Both the position numbers and the translations under genes were made by a program. This document shows, piece after piece, positions 44,180 to 53,254 of a DNA stretch of 64,000 nucleotides. This DNA is from an uncultured Acidobacteriota bacterium (GTDB lineage: Bacteria; Acidobacteriota; Thermoanaerobaculia; Gp7-AA8): contig CAVWUH010000002.1 in the NCBI GenBank assembly GCA_963758195.1, forward strand, positions 4,427,958 to 4,491,957, given 5' to 3'. Under the pieces are notes generated by a model. That model was not told the DNA's origin. It saw nothing but the letters and a program-made list of their open reading frames with translations, and ran no database searches. Each line of letters opens with the position of its first letter. The first letter of the stretch is position 1.

Positions 44180-44995
44180 TCAGAACGGATGCTCGAAGCT
44201 CAGATAGAGGAAAACCGCCTTGTCGTCGCTGGTCATGGGAAAGGCGATGCCGGGGACGATCTGCAGGTCGCGCGGAAGGTTGTAGGACCAGCGAATGCCG
44301 GGACTGACGATGAATTCCGAATCGTCTCCCGCTGATTCCGTGGTGCGCGTCCAGACGGTCTCGACGAGCGCGTTGAATCGATGAGTCGTGAGCCAGACGA
44401 AGCTCGTGCCCGCGGTGATGGAGTGAGAGTCCGCGGCCGGCGTGAAGGTCGCGCCGAGGTTCCAGTGCGCGACGATCGACGGCGTGAGCACGGTGCTGAC
44501 CGGAAGCATGACCTGGATGCCGGCGTCGCCGCTGCCGAGTCCGCGGCGCTCGCTGCCGGTCGGCACGAGCAATGTGATACGAGGCGAGACCGCGACGCGT
44601 GCGTCGGCATCGCCGATCCACTGATAGCGATAGTTCAGCGCGATGTCACCGATGCCGCGTTCCCCATTCACGCTGGCGATGGGAATCGTGTAGCTCAGCT
44701 GGTGATGAAGATTCGGAGCGGGCCACTCCTGTGTGAAGGAGTAGGCCCAGTCGCTGCCGCGCGTTCCGTGCGAGAAGGTCGAAATGTGCTGCACGACGTG
44801 CGGGCCCTGGTTGTATGCCTCTTCGATGAGGAAACTGTTGTCCTGAATGGGCGCGTCGTCCGGCTGCCCGTTCGTCTGGGCGTCGGTCTGGGCGAGGACC
44901 GGAAGTGCGGCGAGAAGAACCAGGAGACAGACCGCAGACCGCAGATCGCGGATCGCAGAAGACACCGCGAGCGGGAAACGACTCGGCACAACCAT
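44180..44995 (-). CDS. outer-membrane beta-barrel protein (transporter/MetA-like family)
   Basis: ATG 44995, a signal peptide, alternating beta-strand pattern, and C-terminal ..YLSFEHPF. Confidence 0.6.
   Translation of the reverse strand: MVVPSRFPLAVSSAIRDLRSAVCLLVLLAALPVLAQTDAQTNGQPDDAPIQDNSFLIEEAYNQGPHVVQHISTFSHGTRGSDWAYSFTQEWPAPNLHHQLSYTIPIASVNGERGIGDIALNYRYQWIGDADARVAVSPRITLLVPTGSERRGLGSGDAGIQVMLPVSTVLTPSIVAHWNLGATFTPAADSHSITAGTSFVWLTTHRFNALVETVWTRTTESAGDDSEFIVSPGIRWSYNLPRDLQIVPGIAFPMTSDDKAVFLYLSFEHPF
44928..44957. repeat. oligomer repeat (CAGACCG/CAGATCG units) inside the signal-peptide coding region
   Basis: cagaccgcagaccgcagatcgcggatcgcag encodes ..SSAIRDLRSAVC.. on the minus strand. 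Confidence 0.7.
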
Positions 44996-45161
44996 TGGAC
45001 CTCCCGAATTCTGCAAACGGATCGCGTCTGCAAGGATTCGTCTTCGATTTCGGATACGTATACATCGCGATCCATGATCCGCTCAACCTTTGCGGTTTTC
45101 GTGCGGAACCAATCCGGCCACGGTCTCGCCGCGTACTTCTGAGAAAACAAGGAGGCGATTC

Positions 45162-45599
45162 ATGAAACGGATTCTCGCGTTCGCGCTTTGCTCACTCTTC
45201 GCGTTCTCACTCCTCGCCAAGGATCAGGCGGAAAAGAAGTCGCTGTATCAGCGGCTCGGCGGCTACGACGCCATCGCCGCGGTGACGGACGATTTCCTCG
45301 GCCGTCTCGCGTCCGAGAAACAGTTCGCGCGTTTCTTCGGCGGAGCCAGCGAGGACTCGATGAAGAAGCTCCGCCAGCACGTCGTCGATCAGCTCTGCAA
45401 CGCCACGGGCGGCCCGTGCAACTACACCGGCCGCGACATGCGCACCTCGCACAAGGGCCTCGGCATCACGCAGTCCGACTGGGATGTGGCCGTCCAGCAT
45501 CTCGTGGCCTCGCTCGACAAGTTCAAGGTGCCGGACGCGGAGAAGAATGAAGTGCTCGGAGCCGTGTCGTCGCTGAAGAAGGACATCGTCGAAAAGTAA
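45162..45599 (+). CDS. group I truncated haemoglobin with signal peptide
   Basis: [29 protein letters not shown] is followed by [43 protein letters not shown].., the trHb pattern. Confidence 0.8.
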   Translation: MKRILAFALCSLFAFSLLAKDQAEKKSLYQRLGGYDAIAAVTDDFLGRLASEKQFARFFGGASEDSMKKLRQHVVDQLCNATGGPCNYTGRDMRTSHKGLGITQSDWDVAVQHLVASLDKFKVPDAEKNEVLGAVSSLKKDIVEK

Positions 45600-45819
45600 C
45601 GACGAAGAGTGAATCCTAACGCGGCGAAGCCGCGGCCAAACACGCCGGAGGCGCGCCGCCACTGGTTTCGTCGTGTTTGAAAATGCACTCCGGCAGGAGT
45701 GCCGGACTTCTGCGACCCCGCCGGGGTCGAAATGGATGGCCTCAGTTCCGGTGGCGGCACGCCTTCGGCGCTTGCCACCGGCATTTCCGGCAGCGACAAG
45801 TCGTATGCTTTTCGTCGTC

Positions 45820-47349
45820 ATGTCGGAGCCGATTCCTGAACCGCCTTCGCAATCGTACTGGGACGCATCTCCCGATTTTCGAGCGTTGATCCGCCGCGGG
45901 CTTTCGCCCGCGGCGTTTGCGTGGGCCGAGCCGCAACTGGCGAGAATGGGCGAGCTCGCGGTGCGCGAGGTCGCGCCGCGCGCGGCCATCGCCGATCGTT
46001 GTCCGCCGCGGCTCGTGACGCACGACGCTCAGGGGCATCGCATCGATCGCGTTGAACATCACCCGGCCTATCGCGAGATGGAGCGCATCGCGTACAGCTC
46101 CGGGATGATCGCCATGAAGTACGAGGAGCACGAGCATGCCGCGGAGGCTCCGATCGCCGGCTTCGCACTCGGCTATCTCTTCGCCATGGCCGAAGAGGGA
46201 CTCTACTGCCCGCTCTGCATGACCGATGGCGTGGCGCGGGTGCTCACGCGTCACGGAACGCGCGAGCAAGTCGCGCGCGTCGTGCCGCATCTCACGTCCA
46301 GAGATCCGGCGACGCTCTGGACCGGTGGCATGTTCCTCACCGAGCGCGCCGGGGGCTCGGACGTCGGCGCGAATGAAACGATCGCGCGCAAGTCGGGCGA
46401 CGGCATGTGGCGGCTCTTCGGTCAGAAGTGGTTTTGCTCGAATGTCGATGCCCAGGCCGTGTTAGTGACGGCGAAGGTCGAAGGAGGAGGCGAGGGGACG
46501 CGCGGGCTGCGCACGTTTCTTCTGCTGACGCGCGAGAACATCGATCGCGGTGCGATGCGCATCGATCGGTTGAAGGACAAGCTCGGCGTCCGTTCGATGG
46601 CCACGGGCGAGGTGACACTCGACGACGCGCATGCCGAGGAGGTGGGCGGCTTCGCGGCGATGACGGACATGCTCAACCTTTCCCGTCTCTACAACGCCGT
46701 GGCCTCGGCGGCGGCGATCGGCCGCGCCGTGTACGAGGCGCGGCACTACATCGAGCGACGCCAGGCGTTCGGCCGCCCGATCATCGAATGGCCGCTGGCG
46801 CAGGAAACGTTCGCCGATCTCGAGGCCGAGCAGGTCGGCGCGATGGTGCTGACGTTCGATGCCGTCGGCGCGCTCGCACGCGCGGACGCGGGAGATGCGG
46901 ACGCGGCGAAGCTGCTGCGCATTCTCACGCCGATCGCGAAAGCGGTCACCGGCAAGCTCGTCGTTCCGTGCGTCTCCGAGGCGATGGAGCTCATCGGCGG
47001 CAACGGCTACATCGAAGAATCGCCGATGCCACGACTCCTGCGCGATGGCCAGGTCCTACCGATCTGGGAAGGTACGACGAACATCCTCGTCCTCGACGCG
47101 TTGCGCGTGGCCCGCAAGGAAGGCTCGCACGAATTGCTGCTCGCCCGAACGAGCCAACGCTTCCCAAGCGAATCCGCCGCGCTGGCGCAAACCTTCGCCT
47201 CCCTCGACGAGCGTGACGCCCGCGGCTGGCTCGATCGCCTCGCACGGCTGTATCAACTGACGCTCCTGCTCGACGCGGAGCACGGCGAGTACGCGGATCG
47301 CCTGGTGCGGCGACCGTTGGGTTTGATCCCGGGCGCGCGGGCGTCGTAG
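45820..47349 (+). CDS. acyl-CoA dehydrogenase family protein (AidB-like)
   Basis: Start ATG 45820 inside ORF 45673... ..GGMFLTERAGGSDVGANET..WRLFGQKWFCSNVDA.. and C-terminal ..IWEGTTNI... Confidence 0.8.
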   Translation: MSEPIPEPPSQSYWDASPDFRALIRRGLSPAAFAWAEPQLARMGELAVREVAPRAAIADRCPPRLVTHDAQGHRIDRVEHHPAYREMERIAYSSGMIAMKYEEHEHAAEAPIAGFALGYLFAMAEEGLYCPLCMTDGVARVLTRHGTREQVARVVPHLTSRDPATLWTGGMFLTERAGGSDVGANETIARKSGDGMWRLFGQKWFCSNVDAQAVLVTAKVEGGGEGTRGLRTFLLLTRENIDRGAMRIDRLKDKLGVRSMATGEVTLDDAHAEEVGGFAAMTDMLNLSRLYNAVASAAAIGRAVYEARHYIERRQAFGRPIIEWPLAQETFADLEAEQVGAMVLTFDAVGALARADAGDADAAKLLRILTPIAKAVTGKLVVPCVSEAMELIGGNGYIEESPMPRLLRDGQVLPIWEGTTNILVLDALRVARKEGSHELLLARTSQRFPSESAALAQTFASLDERDARGWLDRLARLYQLTLLLDAEHGEYADRLVRRPLGLIPGARAS

Positions 47350-47363
47350 ACGGGTAAACAAGT

Positions 47364-47457
47364 GGACCGCTGCCGTCTCGGCGGCTGGGGCGGCGTCGTC
47401 TCGACGCCCGCAAGCGGCGGGACGCCGCTCGCCCAGCCGGCGAGACGCCGGCGGTCC
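47364..47457. repeat. family B repeat, copy B4
   Basis: GGACCGCTGCCGTCTCGGCGGCTGGGG...CCCAGCCGGCGAGACGCCGGCGGTCC. Confidence 0.85.
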
Positions 47458-47499
47458 TCAGCGTTTTCCGTTGACGAGGCGATATCATTCGGACGTCTC

Positions 47500-47838
47500 A
47501 TGCGCGTTCGATCCCTCATCGTCGTGGCCGTCGTGCTCCTCGGACAGTTGTTCGGGGCGGTGCCGCCGCAGTGTGGGAAGTGCCCGGTTCGGATTCGGTG
47601 CTGTTCCGGCAAGGTGTGCACGATGGGGACGTCGAGAGCGAGCAACTGCGGGATGAGCTCGCAGAAACCTTCGGTGCAGCGCGAAGTTGTGCGAATGCTC
47701 GATCTTCCGCTCAGTCACCGTGCGCTTCCCGCGTTGGGTGTCGTGCGTGAGCTGCGGGAAGGTCGCCCATCGTCGACGTCGGCTGGTTATCCGCGCCTGT
47801 TCGAGGAGCCTCCTCGTTTCTTTCTCGTCCGTGTCTGA
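47500..47838 (+). CDS. small Cys-rich exported protein (tentative)
   Basis: ATG 47500. MRVRSLIVVAVVLLGQLFGAVPPQCGKCPVRIRCCSGKVC... GC3 is moderately high. The competing minus-strand ORF is Arg-rich and unconvincing. Confidence 0.35.
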   Translation: MRVRSLIVVAVVLLGQLFGAVPPQCGKCPVRIRCCSGKVCTMGTSRASNCGMSSQKPSVQREVVRMLDLPLSHRALPALGVVRELREGRPSSTSAGYPRLFEEPPRFFLVRV

Positions 47839-47875
47839 TCCATTCACGACGTCAAACGAGAAAGGATGTTTCCTG

Positions 47876-48895
47876 ATGAGGCTTCGCGCCGTCACCATCA
47901 TGCTGCTCGCGTTCGCGAGCGCGACTCCGTTGTATGCGAGCTGTGGCTCGTCTTCGTGTCCGCTGGACACGCACATGTTGAACCTTCCGGCGAAGGGCGG
48001 CTTTGCGCTCGACCTCTCCTTCCAATACGTCGATCAGGACCAGCCGCGTATCGGTTCACGAAGCGCGCACGTTGGCGAGATCGAGGGGGAGCATCACGAC
48101 GAGGTTCGGACATTGAACCGCATCGCGACGGCGCTCCTGAGCTATGCGCCGACGGATCGTCTGCATCTCAGCATCGCGGTGCCGTACGTTTCGCGCGATC
48201 ACTTCCATCTCGCCAGCAGTCACGATCACGGTGCGCTCTCGGTGCGGCCGGATCACAACACCGTTCCCGAGTCGTGGGATCTCAACGGGATCGGCGACGT
48301 GATCGTGCAGGCGCGCGCCGAGGTCCTGCCGGTCGATCCCGTGACGAAGTCGGGACTCTGGGTGATCGGAGGCGTCAAGTTGCCGACGGGCGCGCACGAC
48401 GTGCGCAATGACGATGGAGAAGCGGGCGAGCTGCCCGTGCAACCGGGAAGCGGCACGACCGACGGAATCGTCGGGCTGTCCTACCAGGGCGGATTCGTTC
48501 GCTCGTCGGGAGCGTCGGGGCCGATGGGCGACTTCGCCGTCGTGCCCTACTTCGTCTCCGCGATCTATCAGATCCGAACCGGCGAGACCGATGGCTATCG
48601 TCTCGGAAACGAATTGCAGGTGAACGCCGGTGGCGGATATCCGGTGTTGCACGGGCTCGATCTGCTTCTGCAGGTGAACTCCCGCTTCCGCGCGAAGGAC
48701 CGCATCGAAGAGGAGCCGGAGGAGGAGGCGTTCACCGGCGGCACGTACGTCTATGCCTCACCCGGGCTGCGCTTCTCGTTCGGCAATCGCGCGGCAGCGT
48801 ACGCGCTGGTGCAGCTTCCGCTGTATCAGCACGTGAACGGGATTCAGCTCACCTCGAACGCGAATTACGTCGTGGGCTTGCAGACGCGGTTCTGA
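47876..48895 (+). CDS. outer-membrane beta-barrel protein with His-rich loops
   Basis: ATG 47876, a signal peptide, ..GEIEGEHHDEVR..DHFHLASSHDHG.., and C-terminal ..VVGLQTRF. Confidence 0.6.
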   Translation: MRLRAVTIMLLAFASATPLYASCGSSSCPLDTHMLNLPAKGGFALDLSFQYVDQDQPRIGSRSAHVGEIEGEHHDEVRTLNRIATALLSYAPTDRLHLSIAVPYVSRDHFHLASSHDHGALSVRPDHNTVPESWDLNGIGDVIVQARAEVLPVDPVTKSGLWVIGGVKLPTGAHDVRNDDGEAGELPVQPGSGTTDGIVGLSYQGGFVRSSGASGPMGDFAVVPYFVSAIYQIRTGETDGYRLGNELQVNAGGGYPVLHGLDLLLQVNSRFRAKDRIEEEPEEEAFTGGTYVYASPGLRFSFGNRAAAYALVQLPLYQHVNGIQLTSNANYVVGLQTRF

Positions 48896-48908
48896 ATGCA
48901 GGTTGGTT

Positions 48909-49007
48909 GGACCGCCGCCGTCCCGGCGGCTGGGGCGGCGGCGTCCCGCCGCCCGCCCGACGAGCGGCGAGACGCCGCTCGTCCAGCCGGCGAGACGCCG
49001 GCGGTCC
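48909..49007. repeat. family B repeat, copy B5
   Basis: GGACCGCCGCCGTCCCGGCGGCTGGGG...GTCCAGCCGGCGAGACGCCGGCGGTCC, between convergent genes. Confidence 0.85.
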
Positions 49008-49013
49008 GCCAGG

Positions 49014-50420
49014 TTATCGCGCCATGGCCGTGAGCTTCACGAACTCCTGGTCATCCTTGAGCGACGAGAAGACGTAGTCGACGCGGGCTTCCCACATCTC
49101 CATGGCCCGCACGTCGTCGTAGCGCTCGTACTGATAGAAGTGGCGGTGGAGCAGCTCCATCGCTTTGCCCTTCTGTCCGAGGAGGGCGTAGATCGCGGCG
49201 AGGTTGTAGGAGGCGCTGAGCAGGTTCTCGTGGTCTTTGGCGATCTTCAGCGCTTCTTCGGGGCGGCCGCTGTCGGCCATGTACGTCGCGGCGAAGATGA
49301 GGTTGTACGCGTCGTTGGGATCGAGCTCGAGGGCCTTGTTCACGTAGGCCTGCGCTTTTTCGCGCACGCGCTCGGAGTTCCAGTAGACGGCGAGATTGCG
49401 ATACGTGAGCGCGAGCGGATACGTGGCGATCGATTCTTCGAAGAGTGCGAGACCCTTCGCCGAGTCGCCCATGTGGATCGTCATCTTGCCGAGGCCGTGA
49501 AGCGCGACGGCGCGCGAGAGCGGATCGGGCTGGATCGTGAGCAGGTGCTCGAAGGTCTGGCGGGCGAGAGCCCATTCACCGGTGTGATGGCGATAAAGCT
49601 CGCCGAGGAAACGCTGCGGGACCGGATCGGCAGGATCGATCTTCGCGGCCGCCGCGTAGAGCCTGCGGGCCTTCGCATAATCCTCGGCCAGCTCGGCGCG
49701 GAAGGCCGTGTCCATCGCCGCGGTCATGCGGCGGTTCATCGCCGGCGTGTCGATCGGATCTACGGTGCGGAGCTGCGCGTCATTGACGGTGACGCCGAGA
49801 CGAGCCAGCGCTTTCTGCGCGCCGCGTCCCTTCTTCGGCGCGAGGCAGCGTTGATCCCAGACCTGCTGGTAGAGCGCGATCGCGCCGTCCTTGTCCGCTT
49901 TCTCTTTCTGCTTGGCGTCGTCGAGCATCTTGTCGAGCGCGTTCTCGCGCGCGCGAAGCTCGGCTCGGACGATGTCCTCGACCTTGTTCATGCGCAGCTT
50001 GCCGCTCTCGTTGTCGACGCGCGAAACGACCTTGCCGTCAGCGCCGGCGAGGATCGCCGCCGGCAGCTTGTCCGCGACTTCCCACTTCGCGAGCGTGGCC
50101 GTGTCGGCGGGCACCACGATCTGCATCGCCACGCACTGCGCGGAGGCGAGTGTCAGCGCGCGCGAAGAGAGGAGATCGTTGCCCTTCACTTCGTCGTTCG
50201 TCGACGGAAACCAATAGAGGACCAGGGGAGTGGTCGCCGCGGCCTGGCCGACGTTGAAGACCTTCCAGGGCACGACGTACGCCTGCGGCTGCATGCCTCC
50301 CTGCGGCATCATCCCGCCGGTTCCGCCACCGCCTCCTCCCCCGCACGTGGCGTAGGCGGGAGTGAGAGCGATGGTGAACACTGCGAGGACAGCGAGACTC
50401 CGTAAGAGGTGCTTGCGCAT
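49014..50420 (-). CDS. TPR-repeat lipoprotein/exported protein
   Basis: ATG 50420. MRKHLLRSLAVLAVFTIALTPAYATCGGGGGGG. The C-terminal half is TPR-like. Confidence 0.7.
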   Translation of the reverse strand: MRKHLLRSLAVLAVFTIALTPAYATCGGGGGGGTGGMMPQGGMQPQAYVVPWKVFNVGQAAATTPLVLYWFPSTNDEVKGNDLLSSRALTLASAQCVAMQIVVPADTATLAKWEVADKLPAAILAGADGKVVSRVDNESGKLRMNKVEDIVRAELRARENALDKMLDDAKQKEKADKDGAIALYQQVWDQRCLAPKKGRGAQKALARLGVTVNDAQLRTVDPIDTPAMNRRMTAAMDTAFRAELAEDYAKARRLYAAAAKIDPADPVPQRFLGELYRHHTGEWALARQTFEHLLTIQPDPLSRAVALHGLGKMTIHMGDSAKGLALFEESIATYPLALTYRNLAVYWNSERVREKAQAYVNKALELDPNDAYNLIFAATYMADSGRPEEALKIAKDHENLLSASYNLAAIYALLGQKGKAMELLHRHFYQYERYDDVRAMEMWEARVDYVFSSLKDDQEFVKLTAMAR

Positions 50421-50502
50421 GACGGCTCCTGTCGAAATGGACATCGGATGAAAACGAACGGGGGCAGCTTGCGCTGCCCCCGGGTAAAACGCAATCGAAC
50501 TG

Positions 50503-53013
50503 CTATTGCATTCGTGTTACGAAAAGTCCAACACCGGCGAGCACGATCGCCAGAAGCAAGAGGGCCAGCGGCGAAAGCGCCGGCACCTCGGCGGACGTGG
50601 AGATCACCGACGTCGCGGCGTTGTTCGACGGATTCGAATCGGCGTTGTCGCTCGTCACTGTGGCTGTGTTCGTGACCGTGCCGAACGTCGGCGGCATCGT
50701 GACGACGAGTGCGATCGTGGCGGAGTTACCCGACAGCAATACGCCGAGATTGCAGGTGACGGTCGTCGTTCCGCTGCACGAGCCCTGACTCGGCGTGGCG
50801 GAGACGAAGGTCGTGCCGGCCGGGAGGATGTCGGTGACGACGACATTGGTCGCCACGGCCGGACCGTTGTTCGTTGCGGTGATCGTGTACGTCGCGTTCG
50901 AGCTCGGCGGGAAGCGGCTGCCGTTCGCGGTCTTGGTGATGCTGACGTCGGTCGTCGCCGGCGAGACGATGGCGGGCGAGGTCGACGTGCCGTTGCCCGG
51001 CGCCGGATCGCTGGTCGTCGAGGTGACCGTGGCGGTGTTGCTGATCGAGCCGGTCGTGGCCGGATCGACGTGCATCACGAAGTTGAACGTTGCCGAAGCG
51101 CCGGCGACGAGCGAGGCGATGCTACAGGTGATCGGGCCGGTTCCGCCGACCGCTGGCGTCGTGCAACCGAACGTCGGACCGCTGGTCTGGTTCGCGGAGA
51201 CGAACGTCGTGCCCGCGGGAACGTTGTCGGTGAGCAGCACCGATGCGGCGTCGGAAGGACCGGAGTTCGCGACGGTAACGGTGTAGGTGATGTCGGTGCC
51301 CGGAGCGACGGCGGCGGGTCCGTTCTTCGTAACGCTGACGTCGGCGCTCGTTGCCGCCGTGGCGGTGGAGGTGGATGAGTTGTTGCCCGGCGTCGGGTCG
51401 GTGGTGGAACTGGTCGCCGTCGCAGTGTTGGCGACGCTGCTGCCATTTGCCGTCGCAGAGGTGACGTGCGCGACGAGGTCGAATGTCGCCGACGCGCCGG
51501 AAGCGAGCGACGCGATCGTGCAAGTCGTCGTCGCACCACCGGTGCAGCCGAATGTCGGGCCGCTGGTCTGGTTGACGGAGACGAACGTCAGGCTCGCTGG
51601 AAGCGTATCGGTCCATGACACAGAGGTGGCGGTGGACGGACCGTTATTGGTGATCGTGATCGTGTAGGTAACGTCGGTTCCCGCGGTGACGGTTCCTGGG
51701 CCGCTCTTCGTGATGGCGAGATCGGCGCTCTGCGTGACCGTCGTGTTGGCGGTGGCGCTGTTGTTGGCCGGGTTCGTGTCGAAGCTGTCCGAGGATCCGG
51801 TGACGGTATTGGAGATCGAGGCGGCGCTGGCGCTGTTGATGACGAGCGTGAACTGCGAAGTTGCGCCGCTGCTGAGCGACGTGAAGTTGCAGCTCACGGT
51901 GCCGTTGCTTCCGACCGGCGGTGCGCCGCAGCCGGTCGGCGTGACGCCGCTGTCGTGCGTGATCGAGACGAACGTCGTGCCGGCGGGCAGGTCATCGGAG
52001 AACGTTGGAGCGCTCGCCGTGTCGGGTCCGTTGTTGGTGATGGTGATCGTGTACGAAACATTGCTGCCGGCAGTCACCGAAGGTGGGCCGGTCTTGGTCA
52101 TGGCGATGTCGACATTCGAAACGACGAGACCCGACTGCGACGAATCGTTCTCGGGATTGGGATCGTCGTTTCCGTTTCCGCCCGAGATCGTGGCGACGTT
52201 CGAATACGTCGTGCCCGCCGGCGTGCCGGCGGGGATGTGGGTGACCAGCGTGAATGAAGCCGATTCGCCCGCGGCGACGGGTGAGTTGGTGCAGCTCACC
52301 GTTCCGCCGCTGCCGCCCGAAGGCGTTGTGCAGTTCATCGGCGTGCCGCTGTTCTGCGTCAGCGAGATGAACGTCATCGTGCCGGGGAGGAGGTCCGTCC
52401 ACGTGCCGCTCGCGGCATCGTCGGGACCGGCATTCGTGAAGACGATCGTGTAGGTGACGTCGGTATCGGTGCCGGCAACCGAAGGGCCGGTCTTCTCGAT
52501 CCCGAGATCGCTCTGCGGCGGAGGCGGTGTGGACGTCACGGCGGTGCTGCTGTTGTTCTCCTCGTTCGGATCGGTGGGATCGGAGACCGTGGCCACGTTC
52601 GTGAACGAAGTGCCCGGGGCGGTTGCGGGGGGGATGTGGAAGACGAACGTGAAATTCGCGGTCGCCGAGGCGGCGAACAGCGCCGAGGTGCAGGTGACCG
52701 TCCCCGTTCCGCCGACTGCCGGCGCGGAACAACTGAACGCCGCGTCGTGCGATTCGGAGACGAACGTCATCCCCGGAGGGATGGGATCGTTCAGCGTGAC
52801 CGCGTTCGCGTCATCGGGACCGCCGTTCGAGACGACGATGCTGTACGAAACATCGCTGTCCGCCGCGGCCTGGTCAGGACCGGTCTTGACGACGATCAGG
52901 TCCGCGCTCTGCGCGAACGCGCAGGGGGCCACGACCGTGGCGGCCAGAATGAGAACGAGAAAGAAAGAGCGACGGAACGATGGCACGCATTGCGGGATTC
53001 GAACGAACGACAT
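50503..53013 (-). CDS. DUF11 repeat surface protein with IPTL-CTERM-like sorting tail
   Basis: ATG 53013 plus a signal peptide. Six units of the D(L/V).(I/V).K.GP....G..V.Y.I...N.GP..A type. C-terminus EVPALSPLALLLLAIVLAGVGLFVTRMQ. Confidence 0.8.
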   Translation of the reverse strand: MSFVRIPQCVPSFRRSFFLVLILAATVVAPCAFAQSADLIVVKTGPDQAAADSDVSYSIVVSNGGPDDANAVTLNDPIPPGMTFVSESHDAAFSCSAPAVGGTGTVTCTSALFAASATANFTFVFHIPPATAPGTSFTNVATVSDPTDPNEENNSSTAVTSTPPPPQSDLGIEKTGPSVAGTDTDVTYTIVFTNAGPDDAASGTWTDLLPGTMTFISLTQNSGTPMNCTTPSGGSGGTVSCTNSPVAAGESASFTLVTHIPAGTPAGTTYSNVATISGGNGNDDPNPENDSSQSGLVVSNVDIAMTKTGPPSVTAGSNVSYTITITNNGPDTASAPTFSDDLPAGTTFVSITHDSGVTPTGCGAPPVGSNGTVSCNFTSLSSGATSQFTLVINSASAASISNTVTGSSDSFDTNPANNSATANTTVTQSADLAITKSGPGTVTAGTDVTYTITITNNGPSTATSVSWTDTLPASLTFVSVNQTSGPTFGCTGGATTTCTIASLASGASATFDLVAHVTSATANGSSVANTATATSSTTDPTPGNNSSTSTATAATSADVSVTKNGPAAVAPGTDITYTVTVANSGPSDAASVLLTDNVPAGTTFVSANQTSGPTFGCTTPAVGGTGPITCSIASLVAGASATFNFVMHVDPATTGSISNTATVTSTTSDPAPGNGTSTSPAIVSPATTDVSITKTANGSRFPPSSNATYTITATNNGPAVATNVVVTDILPAGTTFVSATPSQGSCSGTTTVTCNLGVLLSGNSATIALVVTMPPTFGTVTNTATVTSDNADSNPSNNAATSVISTSAEVPALSPLALLLLAIVLAGVGLFVTRMQ

Positions 53014-53112
53014 GTCGATGATGACCTCTCCATGAGTCTTTCTACCTGCTGATGCAAGGATTCGCAAGGGTGTTTTGGGATGACGCGGTCGAGGCCGTTT
53101 ACGGGTTGAAGG

Positions 53113-53191
53113 ATTTCACGCGGAGGCGCGGAGGGCGCGGAGAGAAATGTCCGGCGATTCCTCCCGCGCCCTCCGCGTCTCCGCGTGAAAC
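53113..53191. repeat. family A repeat, copy A6
   Basis: ATTTCACGCGGAGGCGCGGAGGGCGCGGAGAG...CTCCCGCGCCCTCCGCGTCTCCGCGTGAAAC. Confidence 0.85.
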
Positions 53192-53254
53192 TCCAAGCGC
53201 ACCTCGACGTTGCCGCTCCGACAGCCGTACCATCGATCACAGGAGACTTCGCTC

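Noticed and set aside
45681-45800. Cluster of GC hairpins upstream of the acyl-CoA dehydrogenase gene, as a possible riboswitch or attenuator: GCACTCC/GGAGTGC with an alternative CCGGCA/TGCCGG, CGACCCC/GGGGTCG, and CCGGTGGC/GCCACCGG
   Set aside because: Short GC stems arise easily by chance at this base composition. I recognise no riboswitch core motif, and no U-tract follows.
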